Of a stretch of DNA of 64,000 nt, positions 28,201 to 43,200 are shown in pieces. This DNA is from Eledone cirrhosa (taxonomy: Eukaryota), in the NCBI GenBank assembly GCA_964016885.1, contig CAXHJY010001477.1, positions 778,315 to 842,314 on the forward strand, written 5' to 3'. The notes under the pieces are model-generated. The model made no database searches. It was not told the DNA's origin and was given only the letters and a program-made list of their open reading frames with translations. Position 1 is the stretch's first letter, and each line of letters opens with the position of its first letter. Position numbers and translations under genes: made by a program.

Positions 28201-31200
28201 GTGACATACCAAGAGACAGTACAGTACAGTACACAGTCACATATATACCCTGCTATTGTAGTGTAGTGACATACCAAGAGACAGTACAGTACAGTACAGT
28301 ACACAGTCACATATATACCCTGCTATTGTAGTGTAGTGACATACCAAGAGACAGTACAGTACAGTACACAGTCACATATATACCCTGCTATTGTAGTTTA
28401 GTGACATACCAAGAGACAGTAAAGTACAGTACAGTACAGTCACATATATACCCTGCTATTGTAGTGTAGTGACATACCAAGAGACAGTACAGTACAGTAC
28501 ACAGTCACATATATACCCTGCTATTGTAGTGTAGTGACATACCAAGATATAGTACAGTACAGTACAGTACACAGTCACATATATACCCTGCTATAGTAGT
28601 GTAGTGACATACCAAGAGACAGTACAGTACAGTACAGTCACATATATACCCTGCTATTGTAGTGTAGTGACATACCAAGAGACAGTACAGTAACAGTACA
28701 GTCACATATATACCCTGCTATTGTAGTGTAGTGACATACCAAGAGACAGTACAGTACAGTACACAGTCACATATATACCCTGCTATTGTAGTGTAGTGAC
28801 ATACCAAGAGACAGTACAGTACAGTACAGTACACAGTCACAAATATACCCTGCTATTGTAGTGTAGTGACATACCAAGAGACAGTACAGTACACAGTCAC
28901 ATATATACCCTGCTATTGTAGTGTAGTGACACACCAAGAGACAGTACAGTACAGTACAGTCACATATATACCCTGCTATTGTAGTGTAGTGACATACCAA
29001 GAGACAGTACAGTACAGTCACATATATACCCTGCTATTGTAGTGTAGTGACATACCAAGAGACAGTACAGTACAGTACAGTACACAGTCACATATATACC
29101 CTGCTATTGTAGTGTAGTGACATACCAAGAGACAGTACAGTACAGTACACAGTCACATATATACCCTGCTATTGTAGTGTAGTGACATAGCAAGAGACAG
29201 TACAGTACAGTCACATATATACCCTGCTATTGTAGTGTAGTGACAGAACAAGAGACAGTACAGTACAGTACACAGTGACATATATACCCTGCTATTGTAG
29301 TGTAGTGACATACCAAGAGACAGTACAGAACAGTACACAGTCACATATATACCCTGCTATTGTAATGTAGTGACATACCAAGAGACAGTACAGTACAGTA
29401 CAGCCACATATATACCCTGCTATTGTAGTGTAGTGACATAGCAAGAGACAGTACAGTACACAGTCACATATATACCCTGCTATTGTAGTGTAGTGACATA
29501 CCAAGAGACAGTACAGTACAGTACACAGTGACATATATACCCTGCTATTGTAGTGTAGTGACATACCAAGAGACAGTACAGTACAGTACAGTACACAGTC
29601 ACAAATATACCCTGCTATTGTAGTGTAGTGACATACCAAGATACAGTACAGTACACAGTCACATATATACCCTGCTATTGTAGTGTAGTGACATACCAAG
29701 AGGCAGTACAGTACAGTCACATATATACCCTGCTATTGTAGTGTAGTGACATACCAAGAGACAGTACAGTACAGTACACAGTCACATATATACCCTGCTA
29801 TTGTAGTGTAGTGACATACCAAGAGAGAGTACAGTACAGTACAGTACAGTCACATATATACCCTGCTATTGTATTGTAGTGACATACCAAGAGACAGTAC
29901 AGTACAGTACAGTACACAGTCACATATATACCCTGCTATTGTAGTGTAGTGACATACCAAGAGACAGTACAGTACAGTACACAGTCACATATATACCCTG
30001 CCATTGTAGTGTAGTGACATACCAAGAGATAGTACAGTACAGTACAGTACACAGTCACATATATACCCTGCTATTGTAGTGTAGTGACATACCAAGAGAC
30101 AGTACAGTACAGTACACAGTCACATATATACCCTGCTATTGTAGTGTAGTGACATACCAAGAGACAGTACAGTACAGTCACATATATACCCTGCTATTGT
30201 AGTGTAGTGACATACCAAGAGACAGTACAGTACACAGTCACATATATACCCTGCTATTGTAGTGTAGTGACATACCAAGAGACAGTACAGTACAGTACAG
30301 TCACATATATACCCTGCTATTGTAGTGTAGTGACATACCAAGAAACAGTACAGTACAGTACAGTACAGTACACAGTCACATATATACCCTGCTATTGTAG
30401 TGTAGTGACATACCAAGAGAGAGTACACTACAGTACAGTACACAGTCACATATATACCCTGCTATTGTAATGTAGTGACATACCAAGAGACAGTACAGTA
30501 CAGTACAGTCACATATATACCCTGCTATTGTAGTGTAGTGACATACCAAGAGACAGTACAGTACACAGTCACATATATACCCTGCTATTGTAAAGTAGTG
30601 ACATACCAAGAGACAGTACAGTACAGTACACAGTCACATATATACCCTGCTATTGTAGTGTAGTGACATACCAAGAGACAGTACAGTACACAGTCACATA
30701 TATACCCTGCTATTGTAGTGTAGTGACATACCAAGAGACAGTACAGTACAGTACACAGTCACATATATACCCTGCTATTGTAGTGTAGTGACATACCAAG
30801 AGACAGTACAGTACAGTCACATATATACCCTGCTATTGTAGTGTAGTGACATACCAAGAGACAGTACAGTACAGTACACAGTGACATATATACCCTGCTA
30901 TTGTAGTGTAGTGACATACCAAGAGACAGTACAGTACAGTACAGTACACAGTCACAAATATACCCTGCTATTGTAGTGTAGTGACATACCAAGATACAGT
31001 ACAGTACACAGTCACATATATACCCTGCTATTGTAGTGTAGTGACATACCAAGAGACAGTACAGTACAGTCACATATATACCCTGCTATTGTAGTGTAGT
31101 GACATACCAAGAGACAGTACAGTACAGTACAGTCACATATATACCCTGCTATTGTAGTGTAGTGACATACCAAGAGAGAGTACAGTACAGTACAGTACAG

Positions 31201-34200
31201 TACAGTACAGTACAGTACAGTCACATATATACCCTGCTATTGTAGTGTAGTGACATACCAAGAGACAGTACAGTACAGTACAGTACACAGTCACATATAT
31301 ACCCTGCTATTGTAGTGTAGTGACATACCAAGAGACAGTACAGTACACAGTCACATATATACCCTGCTATTGTAGTGTAGTGACATACCAAGAGACAGTA
31401 CAGTACAGTACAGTCACATATATACCCTGCTATTGTAGTGTAGTGACATACCAAGAGACAGTACAGTACACAGTCACATATATACCCTGCTATTGTAGTG
31501 TAGTGACATACCAATAGACAGTACAGTACAGTACAGTCACATATATACCCTGCTATTGTAGTGTAGTGACATACCAAGAAACAGTACAGTACAGTACAGT
31601 ACAGTACACAGTCACATATATACCCTGCTATTGTAGTGTAGTGACATACCAAGAGACAGTACACTACAGTACAGTACACAGTCACATATATACCCTGCTA
31701 TTGTAATGTAGTGACATACCAAGAGACAGTACAGTACAGTACAGTCACATATATACCCTGCTATTGTAGTGTAGTGACATACCAAGAGACAGTACAGTAC
31801 ACAGTCACATATATACCCTGCTATTGTAAAGTAGTGACATACCAAGAGACAGTACAGTACAGTACACAGTCACATATATACCCTGCTATTGTAGTGTAGT
31901 GACATACCAAGAGACAGTACAGTCCCATATATACCCTGCTATTGTAGTGTAGTGACATACCAAGAGACAGTACAGTACAGTACACAGTCACATATATACC
32001 CTGCTATTGTAGTGTAGTGACATACCAAGAGACAGTACAGTACAGTACAGTACAGTACACAGTCACATATATACCCTGCTAGTGTAGTGTAGTGACATAC
32101 CAAGAGACAGTACAGTACAGTACAGTACAGTACACAGTCACATATATACCCTGCTAGTGTAGTGTAGTGACATACCAAGAGACAGTAGAGTAGAGTACAC
32201 AGTCACATATATACCCTGCTATTGTAGTGTAGTGACATACCAAGAGAGAGTACAGTACAGTACAGTCACATATATACCCTGCTATTGTAGTGTAGTGACA
32301 TACCAAGAGACAGTACAGTACAGTACACAGTCACATATATACCCTGCTATTGTAGTGTAGTGACATACCAAGAGATAGTACAGTACAGTACACAGTCACA
32401 TATATACCCTGCTATTGTAGTGTAGTGACATACCAAGAGACAGTACAGTACAGTACAGTCACATATATACCCTGCTATTTTAGTGTAGTGACATACCAGG
32501 AGACAGTACAGTACACAGTCACATGTATACCCTACTATTGTAGTGTAGTGACATACCAAGAGACAGTACAGTACAGTACAGTACACAGTCACATATATAC
32601 CCTGCTATTGTAGTGTAGTGATATACCAAGAGACAGTACAGTACACAGTCACATATATACCCTGCTATTGTAGTGTAGTGACATATCAAGAGACAGTACA
32701 GTACAGTCACATATATACCCTGCTATTGTAGTGTAGTGACATACCAAGAGACAGTACAGTACACAGTCACATATATACCCTGCTATTGTAGTGTAGTGAC
32801 ATACCAAGAGACAGTACAGTACAGTCACATATATACCCTGCTATTGTAGTGTAGTGACATACCAACAGACAGTACAGTACAGTACACAGTCACATATATA
32901 CCCTGCTATTGTAGTGTAGTGACATACCAAGAGACAGTACAGTACAGTACACAGTCACATATATACCCTGCTATTGTAGTGTAGTGACATACCAAGAGAC
33001 AGTACAGTACAGTACAGTACACAGTCACATATATACCCTGCTATTGTAGTGTAGTGACATACCAAGAGACAGTACAGCACAGTACACAGTCACATATATA
33101 CCCTGCTATTGTAGTTTAGTGACATACCAAGAGACAGTAAAGTACAGTACAGTACAGTCACATATATACCCTGCTATTGTAGTGTAGTGACATACCAAGA
33201 GACAGTACAGTACAGTACACAGTCACATATATACCCTGCTATTGTAGTGTAGTGACATACCAAGATATAGTACAGTACAGTACAGTACACAGTCACATAT
33301 ATACCCTGCTATAGTAGTGTAGTGACATACCAAGAGACAGTACAGTACAGTACAGTCACATATATACCCTGCTATTGTAGTGTAGTGACATACCAAGAGA
33401 CAGTACAGTAACAGTACAGTCACATATATACCCTGCTATTGTAGTGTAGTGACATACCAAGAGACAGTACAGTACAGTACACAGTCACATATATACCCTG
33501 CTATTGTAGTGTAGTGACATACCAAGAGACAGTACAGTACAGTACAGTACACAGTCACAAATATACCCTGCTATTGTAGTGTAGTGACATACCAAGAGAC
33601 AGTACAGTACACAGTCACATATATACCCTGCTATTGTAGTGTAGTGACACACCAAGAGACAGTACAGTACAGTACAGTCACATATATACCCTGCTATTGT
33701 AGTGTAGTGACATACCAAGAGACAGTACAGTACAGTACAGTCACATATATACCCTGCTATTGTAGTGTAGTGACATACCAAGAGACAGTACAGTACAGTA
33801 CAGTACACAGTCACATATATACCCTGCTATTGTAGTGTAGTGACATACCAAGAGACAGTACAGTACAGTACACAGTCACATATATACCCTGCTATTGTAG
33901 TGTAGTGACATAGCAAGAGACAGTACAGTACAGTCACATATATACCCTGCTATTGTAGTGTAGTGACAGAACAAGAGACAGTACAGTACACAGTCACATA
34001 TATACCCTGCTATTGTAGTGTAGTGACATAACAAGAGACAGTACAGTACAGTACACAGTCACATATATACCCTGCTATTGTAGTGTAGTGACATACCAAG
34101 AGACAGTACAGTACAGTACACAGTCACATATATACCCTGCTATTGTAATGTAGTGACATACCAAGAGACAGTACAGTACAGTACAGCCACATATATACCC

Positions 34201-37200
34201 TGCTATTGTAGTGTAGTGACATAGCAAGAGACAGTACAGTACACAGTCACATATATACCCTGCTATTGTGGTGTAGTGACATACCAAGAGACAGTACAGT
34301 ACAGTACACAGTGACATATATACCCTGCTATTGTAGTGTAGTGACATACCAAGAGACAGTACAGTACAGTACAGTACACAGTCACAAATATACCCTGCTA
34401 TTGTAGTGTAGTGACATACCAAGATACAGTACAGTACACAGTCACATATATACCCTGCTATTGTAGTGTAGTGACATACCAAGAGACAGTACAGTACAGT
34501 CACATATATACCCTGCTATTGTAGTGTAGTGACATACCAAGAGACAGTACAGTACAGTACACAGTCACATATATACCCTGCTATTGTAGTGTAGTGACAT
34601 ACCAAGAGAGAGTACAGTACAGTACAGTACAGTACAGTCACATATATACCCTGCTATTGTAGTGTAGTGACACACCAAGAGACAGTACAGTACAGTACAG
34701 TACACAGTCACATATATACCCTGCTATTGTAGTGTAGTGACATACCAAGAGACAGTACAGTACAGTACACAGTCACATATATACCCTGCCATTGTAGTGT
34801 AGTGACATACCAAGAGATAGTACAGTACAGTACAGTACACAGTCACATATATACCCTGCTATTGTAGTGTAGTGACATACCAAGAGACAGTACAGTACAG
34901 TACACAGTCACATATATACCCTGCTATTGTAGTGTAGTGACATACCAAGAGACAGTACAGTACAGTCACATATATACCCTGCTATTGTAGTGTAGTGACA
35001 TACCAAGAGACAGTACAGTACACAGTCACATATATACCCTGCTATTGTAGTGTAGTGACATACCAAGAGACAGTACAGTACAGTACAGTCACATATATAC
35101 CCTGCTATTGTAGTGTAGTGACATACCAAGAAACAGTACAGTACAGTACAGTACAGTACAGTACAGTACACAGTCACATATATACCCTGCTATTGTAGTG
35201 TAGTGACATACCAAGAGACAGTACACTACAGTACAGTACACAGTCACATATATACCCTGCTATTGTAATGTAGTGACATACCAAGAGACAGTACAGTACA
35301 GTCACATATATACCCTGCTATTGTAGTGTAGTGACATACCAAGAGACAGTACAGTACACAGTCACATATATACCCTGCTATTGTAAAGTAGTGACATACC
35401 AAGAGACAGTACAGTACACAGTCACATATATACCCTGCTATTGTAGTGTAGTGACATACCAAGAGACAGTACAGTACAGTACACAGTCACATATATACCC
35501 TGCTATTGTAGTGTAGTGACATACCAAGAGACAGTACAGTACACAGTCACATATATACCCTGCTATTGTAGTGTAGTGACATACCAAGAGACAGTACAGT
35601 ACAGTACACAGTCACATATATACCCTGCTATTGTAGTGTAGTGACATACCAAGAGACAGTACAGTACAGTCACATATATACCCTGCTATTGTAGTGTAGT
35701 GACATACCAAGAGACAGTACAGTACAGTACACAGTGACATATATACCCTGCTATTGTAGTGTAGTGACATACCAAGAGACAGTACAGTACAGTACACAGT
35801 CACAAATATACCCTGCTATTGTAGTGTAGTGACATACCAAGATACAGTACAGTACACAGTCACATATATACCCTGCTATTGTAGTGTAGTGACATACCAA
35901 GAGACAGTACAGTACAGTCACATATATACCCTGCTATTGTAGTGTAGTGACATACCAAGAGACAGTACAGTACAGTCACATATATACCCTGCTATTGTAG
36001 TGTAGTGACATACCAAGAGAGAGTACAGTACAGTACAGTACAGTACAGTCACATATATACCCTGCTATTGTAGTGTAGTGACATACCAAGAGACAGTACA
36101 GTACAGTACAGTACACAGTCACATATATACCCTGCTATTGTAGTGTAGTGACATACCAAGAGACAGTACAGTACAGTACACAGTCACATATATACCCTGC
36201 CATTGTTATGTAGTGACATACCAAGAGATAGTACAGTACAGTACAGTACACAGTCACATATATACCCTGCTATTGTAGTGTAGTGACATACCAAGAGACA
36301 GTACAGTACAGTACACAGTCACATATATACCCTGCTATTGTAGTGTAGTGACATACCAAGAGACAGTACAGTACAGTACAGTCACATATATACCCTGCTA
36401 TTGTAGTGTAGTGACATACCAAGAGACAGTACAGTACACAGTCACATATATACCCTGCTATTGTAGTGTAGTGACATACCAAGAGACAGTACAGTACAGT
36501 ACAGTCACATATATACCCTGCTATTGTAGTGTAGTGACATACCAAGAAACAGTACAGTACAGTACAGTACAGTACACAGTCACATATATACCCTGCTATT
36601 GTAGTGTAGTGACATACCAAGAGACAGTACACTACAGTACAGTACACAGTCACATATATACCCTGCTATTGTAATGTAGTGACATACCAAGAGACAGTAC
36701 AGTACAGTACAGTCACATATATACCCTGCTATTGTAGTGTAGTGACATACCAAGAGACAGTACAGTACACAGTCACATATATACCCTGCTATTGTAAAGT
36801 AGTGACATACCAAGAGACAGTACAGTACAGTACACAGTCACATATATACCCTGCTATTGTAGTGTAGTGACATACCAAGAGACAGTACAGTCACATATAT
36901 ACCCTGCTATTGTAGTGTAGTGACATACCAAGAGACAGTACAGTACAGTACACAGTCACATATATACCCTGCTATTGTAGTGTAGTGACATACCAAGAGA
37001 CAGTACAGTACAGTACAGTACACAGTCACATATATACCCTGCTAGTGTAGTGTAGTGAGATACCAAGAGACAGTAGAGTAGAGTACACAGTCACATATAT
37101 ACCCTGCTATTGTAGTGTAGTGACATACCAAGAGAGAGTACAGTACAGTACAGTCACATATATACCCTGCTATTGTAGTGTAGTGACATACCAAGAGACA

Positions 37201-40200
37201 GTACAGTACAGTACACAGTCACATATATACCCTGCTATTGTAGTGTAGTGACATACCAAGAGACAGTACAGTACAGTACAGTACACAGTCACATATATAC
37301 CCTGCTATTGTAGTGTAGTGACATACCAAGAGACAGTACAGTACACAGTCACATATATACCCTGCTATTGTAGTGTAGTGACATACCAAGAGACAGTACA
37401 GTACAGTACACAGTCACATATATACCCTGCTATTGTAGTGTAGTGACATACCAAGAGACAGTACAGTACAGTCACATATATACCCTGCTATTGTAGTGTA
37501 GTGACATACCAAGAGACAGTACAGTACAGTACACAGTGACATATATACCCTGCTATTGTAGTGTAGTGACATACCAAGAGACAGTACAGTACAGTACATA
37601 GTCACATATATACCCTGCTATTGTAGTGTAGTGACATACCAAGAGATAGTACAGTACAGTACAGTACACAGTCACATATATACCCTGCTATTGTAGTGTA
37701 GTGACATACCAAGAGACAGTACAGTACAGTACAGTCACATATATACCCTGCTATTGTAGTGTAGTGACATACCAAGAGAGAGTACAGTACACAGTCACAT
37801 ATATACCCTGCTATTTTAGTGTAGTGACATACCAGGAGACAGTACAGTACACAGTCACATGTATACCCTACTATTGTAGTGTAGTGACATACCAAGAGAC
37901 AGTACAGTACAGTACAGTACACAGTAACATATATACCCTGCTATTGTAGTGTAGTGATATACCAAGAGACAGTACAGTACACAGTCACATATATACCCTG
38001 CTATTGTAGTGTAGTGACATATCAAGAGACAGTACAGTACAGTACAGTCACATATATACCCTGCTATTGTAGTGTAGTGACATACCAAGAGACAGTACAG
38101 TACAGTACAGTACACAGTCACATATATACCCTGCTATTGTAGTGTAGTGACATACCAAGAGACAGTAAAGTACACAGTCACATATATACCCTGCTATTGT
38201 AGTGTAGTAACATACCAAGAGACAGTACAGTACAGTACACAGTCACATATATACCCTGCTATTGTAGTTTAGTGACATACCAAGAGACAGTAAAGTACAG
38301 TACAGTACAGTCACATATATACCCTTCTATTGTAGTGTAGTGACATACCAAGAGACAGTACAGTACAGTACACAGTCACATATATACCCTGCTATTGTAG
38401 TGTAGTGACATACCAAGATATAGTACAGTACAGTACAGTACACAGTCACGTATATACCCTGCTATAGTAGTGTAGTGACATACCAAGAGACAGTACAGTA
38501 CAGTACAGTCACATATATACCCTGCTATTGTAGTGTAGTGACATACCAAGAGACAGTACAGTAACAGTACAGTCACATATATACCCTGCTATTGTAGTGT
38601 AGTGACATACCAAGAGACAGTACAGTACAGTACACAGTCACATATATACCCTGCTATTGTAGTGTAGTGACATACCAAGAGACAGTACAGTACAGTACAG
38701 TACACAGTCACAAATATACCCTGCTATTGTAGTGTAGTGACATACCAAGAGACAGTACAGTACACAGTCACATATATACCCTGCTATTGTAGTGTAGTGA
38801 CACACCAAGAGACAGTACAGTACAGTACAGTCACATATGTACCCTGCTATTGTAGTGTAGTGACATACCAAGAGACAGTACAGTACAGTACAGTCACATA
38901 TATACCCTGCTATTGTAGTGTAGTGACATACCAAGAGACAGTACAGTACAGTACAGTACACAGTCACATATATACCCTGCTATTGTAGTGTAGTGACATA
39001 CCAAGAGACAGTACAGTACAGTACACAGTCACATATATACCCTGCTATTGTAGTGTAGTGACATAGCAAGAGACAGTACAGTACAGTCACATATATACCC
39101 TGCTATTGTAGTGTAGTGACAGAACAAGAGACAGTACAGTACACAGTCACATATATACCCTGCTATTGTAGTGTAGTGACATAACAAGAGACAGTACAGT
39201 ACAGTACACAGTCACATATATACCCTGCTATTGTAGTGTAGTGACATACCAAGAGACAGTACAGTACAGTACACAGTCACATATATACCCTGCTATTGTA
39301 ATGTAGTGACATACCAAGAGACAGTACAGTACAGTACAGCCACATATATACCCTGCTATTGTAGTGTAGTGACATAGCAAGAGACAGTACAGTACACAGT
39401 CACATATATACCCTGCTATTGTAGTGTAGTGACATACCAAGAGACAGTACAGTACAGTACACAGTGACATATATACCCTGCTATTGTAGTGTAGTGACAT
39501 ACCAAGAGACAGTACAGTACAGTACACAGTCACAAATATACCCTGCTATTGTAGTGTAGTGACATACCAAGATACAGTACAGTACACAGTCACATATATA
39601 CCCTGCTATTGTAGTGTAGTGACATACCAAGAGACAGTACAGTACAGTCACATATATACCCTGCTATTGTAGTGTAGTGACATACCAAGAGACAGTACAG
39701 TACAGTACACAGTCACATATATACCCTGCTATTGTAGTGTAGTGACATACCAAGAGAGAGTACAGTACAGTACAGTACAGTACAGTCACATATATACCCT
39801 GCTATTGTAGTGTAGTGACATACCAAGAGACAGTACAGTACAGTACAGTACACAGTCACATATATACCCTGCTATTGTAGTGTAGTGACATACCAAGAGA
39901 CAGTACAGTACAGTACACAGTCACATATATACCCTGCCATTGTAGTGTAGTGACATACCAAGAGATAGTACAGTACAGTACACAGTCACATATATACCCT
40001 GCTATTGTAGTGTAGTGACATACCAAGAGACAGTACAGTACAGTACACAGTCACATATATACCCTGCTATTGTAGTGTAGTGACATACCAAGAGACAGTA
40101 CAGTACAGTCACATATATACCCTGCTATTGTAGTGTAGTGACATACCAAGAGACAGTACAGTACACAGTCACATATATACCCTGCTATTGTAGTGTAGTG

Positions 40201-43200
40201 ACATACCAAGAGACAGTACAGTACAGTACAGTCACATATATACCCTGCTATTGTAGTGTAGTGACATACCAAGAAACAGTACAGTACAGTACAGTACAGT
40301 ACACAGTCACATATATACCCTGCTATTGTAGTGTAGTGACATACCAAGAGACAGTACACTACAGTACAGTACACAGTCACATATATACCCTGCTATTGTA
40401 ATGTAGTGACATACCAAGAGACAGTACAGTACAGTACAGTCACATATATACCCTGCTATTGTAGTGTAGTGACATACCAAGAGACAGTACAGTACACAGT
40501 CACATATATACCCTGCTATTGTAAAGTAGTGACATATCAAGAGACAGTACAGTACAGTACACAGTCACATATATACCCTGCTATTGTAGTGTAGTGACAT
40601 ACCAAGAGACAGTACAGTACACAGTCACATATATACCCTGCTATTGTAGTGTAGTGACATACCAAGAGACAGTACAGTACAGTACACAGTCACATATATA
40701 CCCTGCTATTGTAGTGTAGTGACATACCAAGAGACAGTACAGTACAGTCACATATATACCCTGCTATTGTAGTGTAGTGACATACCAAGAGACAGTACAG
40801 TACAGTACACAGTGACATATATACCCTGCTATTGTAGTGTAGTGACATACCAAGAGACAGTACAGTACAGTACAGTACACAGTCACAAATATACCCTGCT
40901 ATTGTAGTGTAGTGACATACCAAGATACAGTACAGTACACAGTCACATATATACCCTGCTATTGTAGTGTAGTGACATACCAAGAGACAGTACAGTACAG
41001 TCACATATATACCCTGCTATTGTAGTGTAGTGACATACCAAGAGACAGTACAGTACAGTACAGTCACATATATACCCTGCTATTGTAGTGTAGTGACATA
41101 CCAAGAGAGAGTACAGTACAGTACAGTACAGTACAGTCACATATATACCCTGCTATTGTAGTGTAGTGACATACCAAGAGACAGTACAGTACAGTACACA
41201 GTCACATATATACCCTGCTATTGTAGTGTAGTGACATACCAAGAGACAGTACAGTACAGTACACAGTCACATATATACCCTGCCATTGTTATGTAGTGAC
41301 ATACCAAGAGATAGTACAGTACAGTACAGTACACAGTCACATATATACCCTGCAATTGTAGTGTAGTGACATACCAAGAGACAGTACAGTACAGTACAGT
41401 CACATATATACCCTGCTATTTTAGTGTAGTGACATACCAGGAGACAGTACAGTACACAGTCACATGTATACCCTACTATTGTAGTGTAGTGACATACCAA
41501 GAGACAGTACAGTACAGTACAGTACACAGTCACATATATACCCTGCTATTGTAGTGTAGTGATATACCAAGAGACAGTAGAGTACACTGTCACATATATA
41601 CCCTGCTATTGTAGTGTAGTGACATATCAAGAGACAGTACAGTACAGTACAGTCACATATATACCCTGCTATTGTAGTGTAGTGACATACCAAGAGACAG
41701 TACAGTACACAGTCACATATATACCCTGCTATTGTAAAGTAGTGACATACCAAGAGACAGTACAGTACAGTACACAGTCACATATATACCCTGCTATTGT
41801 AGTGTAGTGACATACCAAGAGACAGTACAGTACACAGTCACATATATACCCTGCTATTGTAGTGTAGTGACATACCAAGAGACAGTACAGTACAGTCACA
41901 TATATACCCTGCTATTGTAGTGTAGTGACATACCAAGAGACAGTACAGTACAGTACACAGTCACATATATACCCTGCTATTGTAGTGTAGTGACATACCA
42001 AGAGACAGTACAGTACAGTACACAGTCACATATATACCGTGCTATTGTAGTGTAGTGACATACCAAGAGACAGTACAGTACAGTACAGTACACAGTCACA
42101 TATATACCCTGCTATTGTAGTGTAGTGACATACCAAGAGACAGTACAGTACAGTACACAGTCACATATATACCCTGCTATTGTAGTTTAGTGACATACCA
42201 AGAGACAGTAAAGTACAGTACAGTACAGTCACATATATACCCTGCTATTGTAGTGTAGTGACATACCAAGAGACAGTACAGTACAGTACACAGTCACATA
42301 TATACCCTGCTATTTTAGTGTAGTGACATACCAAGATATAGTACAGTACAGTACAGTACACAGTCACATATATACCCTGCTATAGTAGTGTAGTGACATA
42401 CCAAGAGACAGTACAGTACAGTCACATATATACCCTGCTATTGTAGTGTAGTGACATACCAAGAGACAGTACAGTAACAGTACAGTCACATATATACCCT
42501 GCTATTGTAGTGTAGTGACATACCAAGAGACAGTACAGTACAGTACACAGTCACATATATACCCTGCTATTGTAGTGTAGTGACATACCAAGAGACAGTA
42601 CAGTACAGTACAGTACACAGTCACAAATATACCCTGCTATTGTAGTGTAGTGACATACCAAGAGACAGTACAGTACACAGTCACATATATACCCTGCTAT
42701 TGTAGTGTAGTGACACACCAAGAGACAGTACAGTACAGTCACATATATACCCTGCTATTGTAGTGTAGTGACATACCAAGAGACAGTACAGTACAGTACA
42801 GTCACATATATACCCTGCTATTGTAGTGTAGTGACATACCAAGAGACAGTACAGTACAGTACACAGTCACATATATACCCTGCTATTGTAGTGTAGTGAC
42901 ATACCAAGAGACAGTACAGTACAGTACACAGTCACATATATACCCTGCTATTGTAGTGTAGTGACATAGCAAGAGACAGTACAGTACAGTCACATATATA
43001 CCCTGCTATTGTAGTGTAGTGACAGAACAAGAGACAGTACAGTACAGTACACAGTGACATATATACCCTGCTATTGTAGTGTAGTGACATACCAAGAGAC
43101 AGTACAGTACAGTACACAGTCACATATATACCCTGCTATTGTAATGTAGTGACATACCAAGAGACAGTACAGTACAGTACAGCCACATATATACCCTGCT

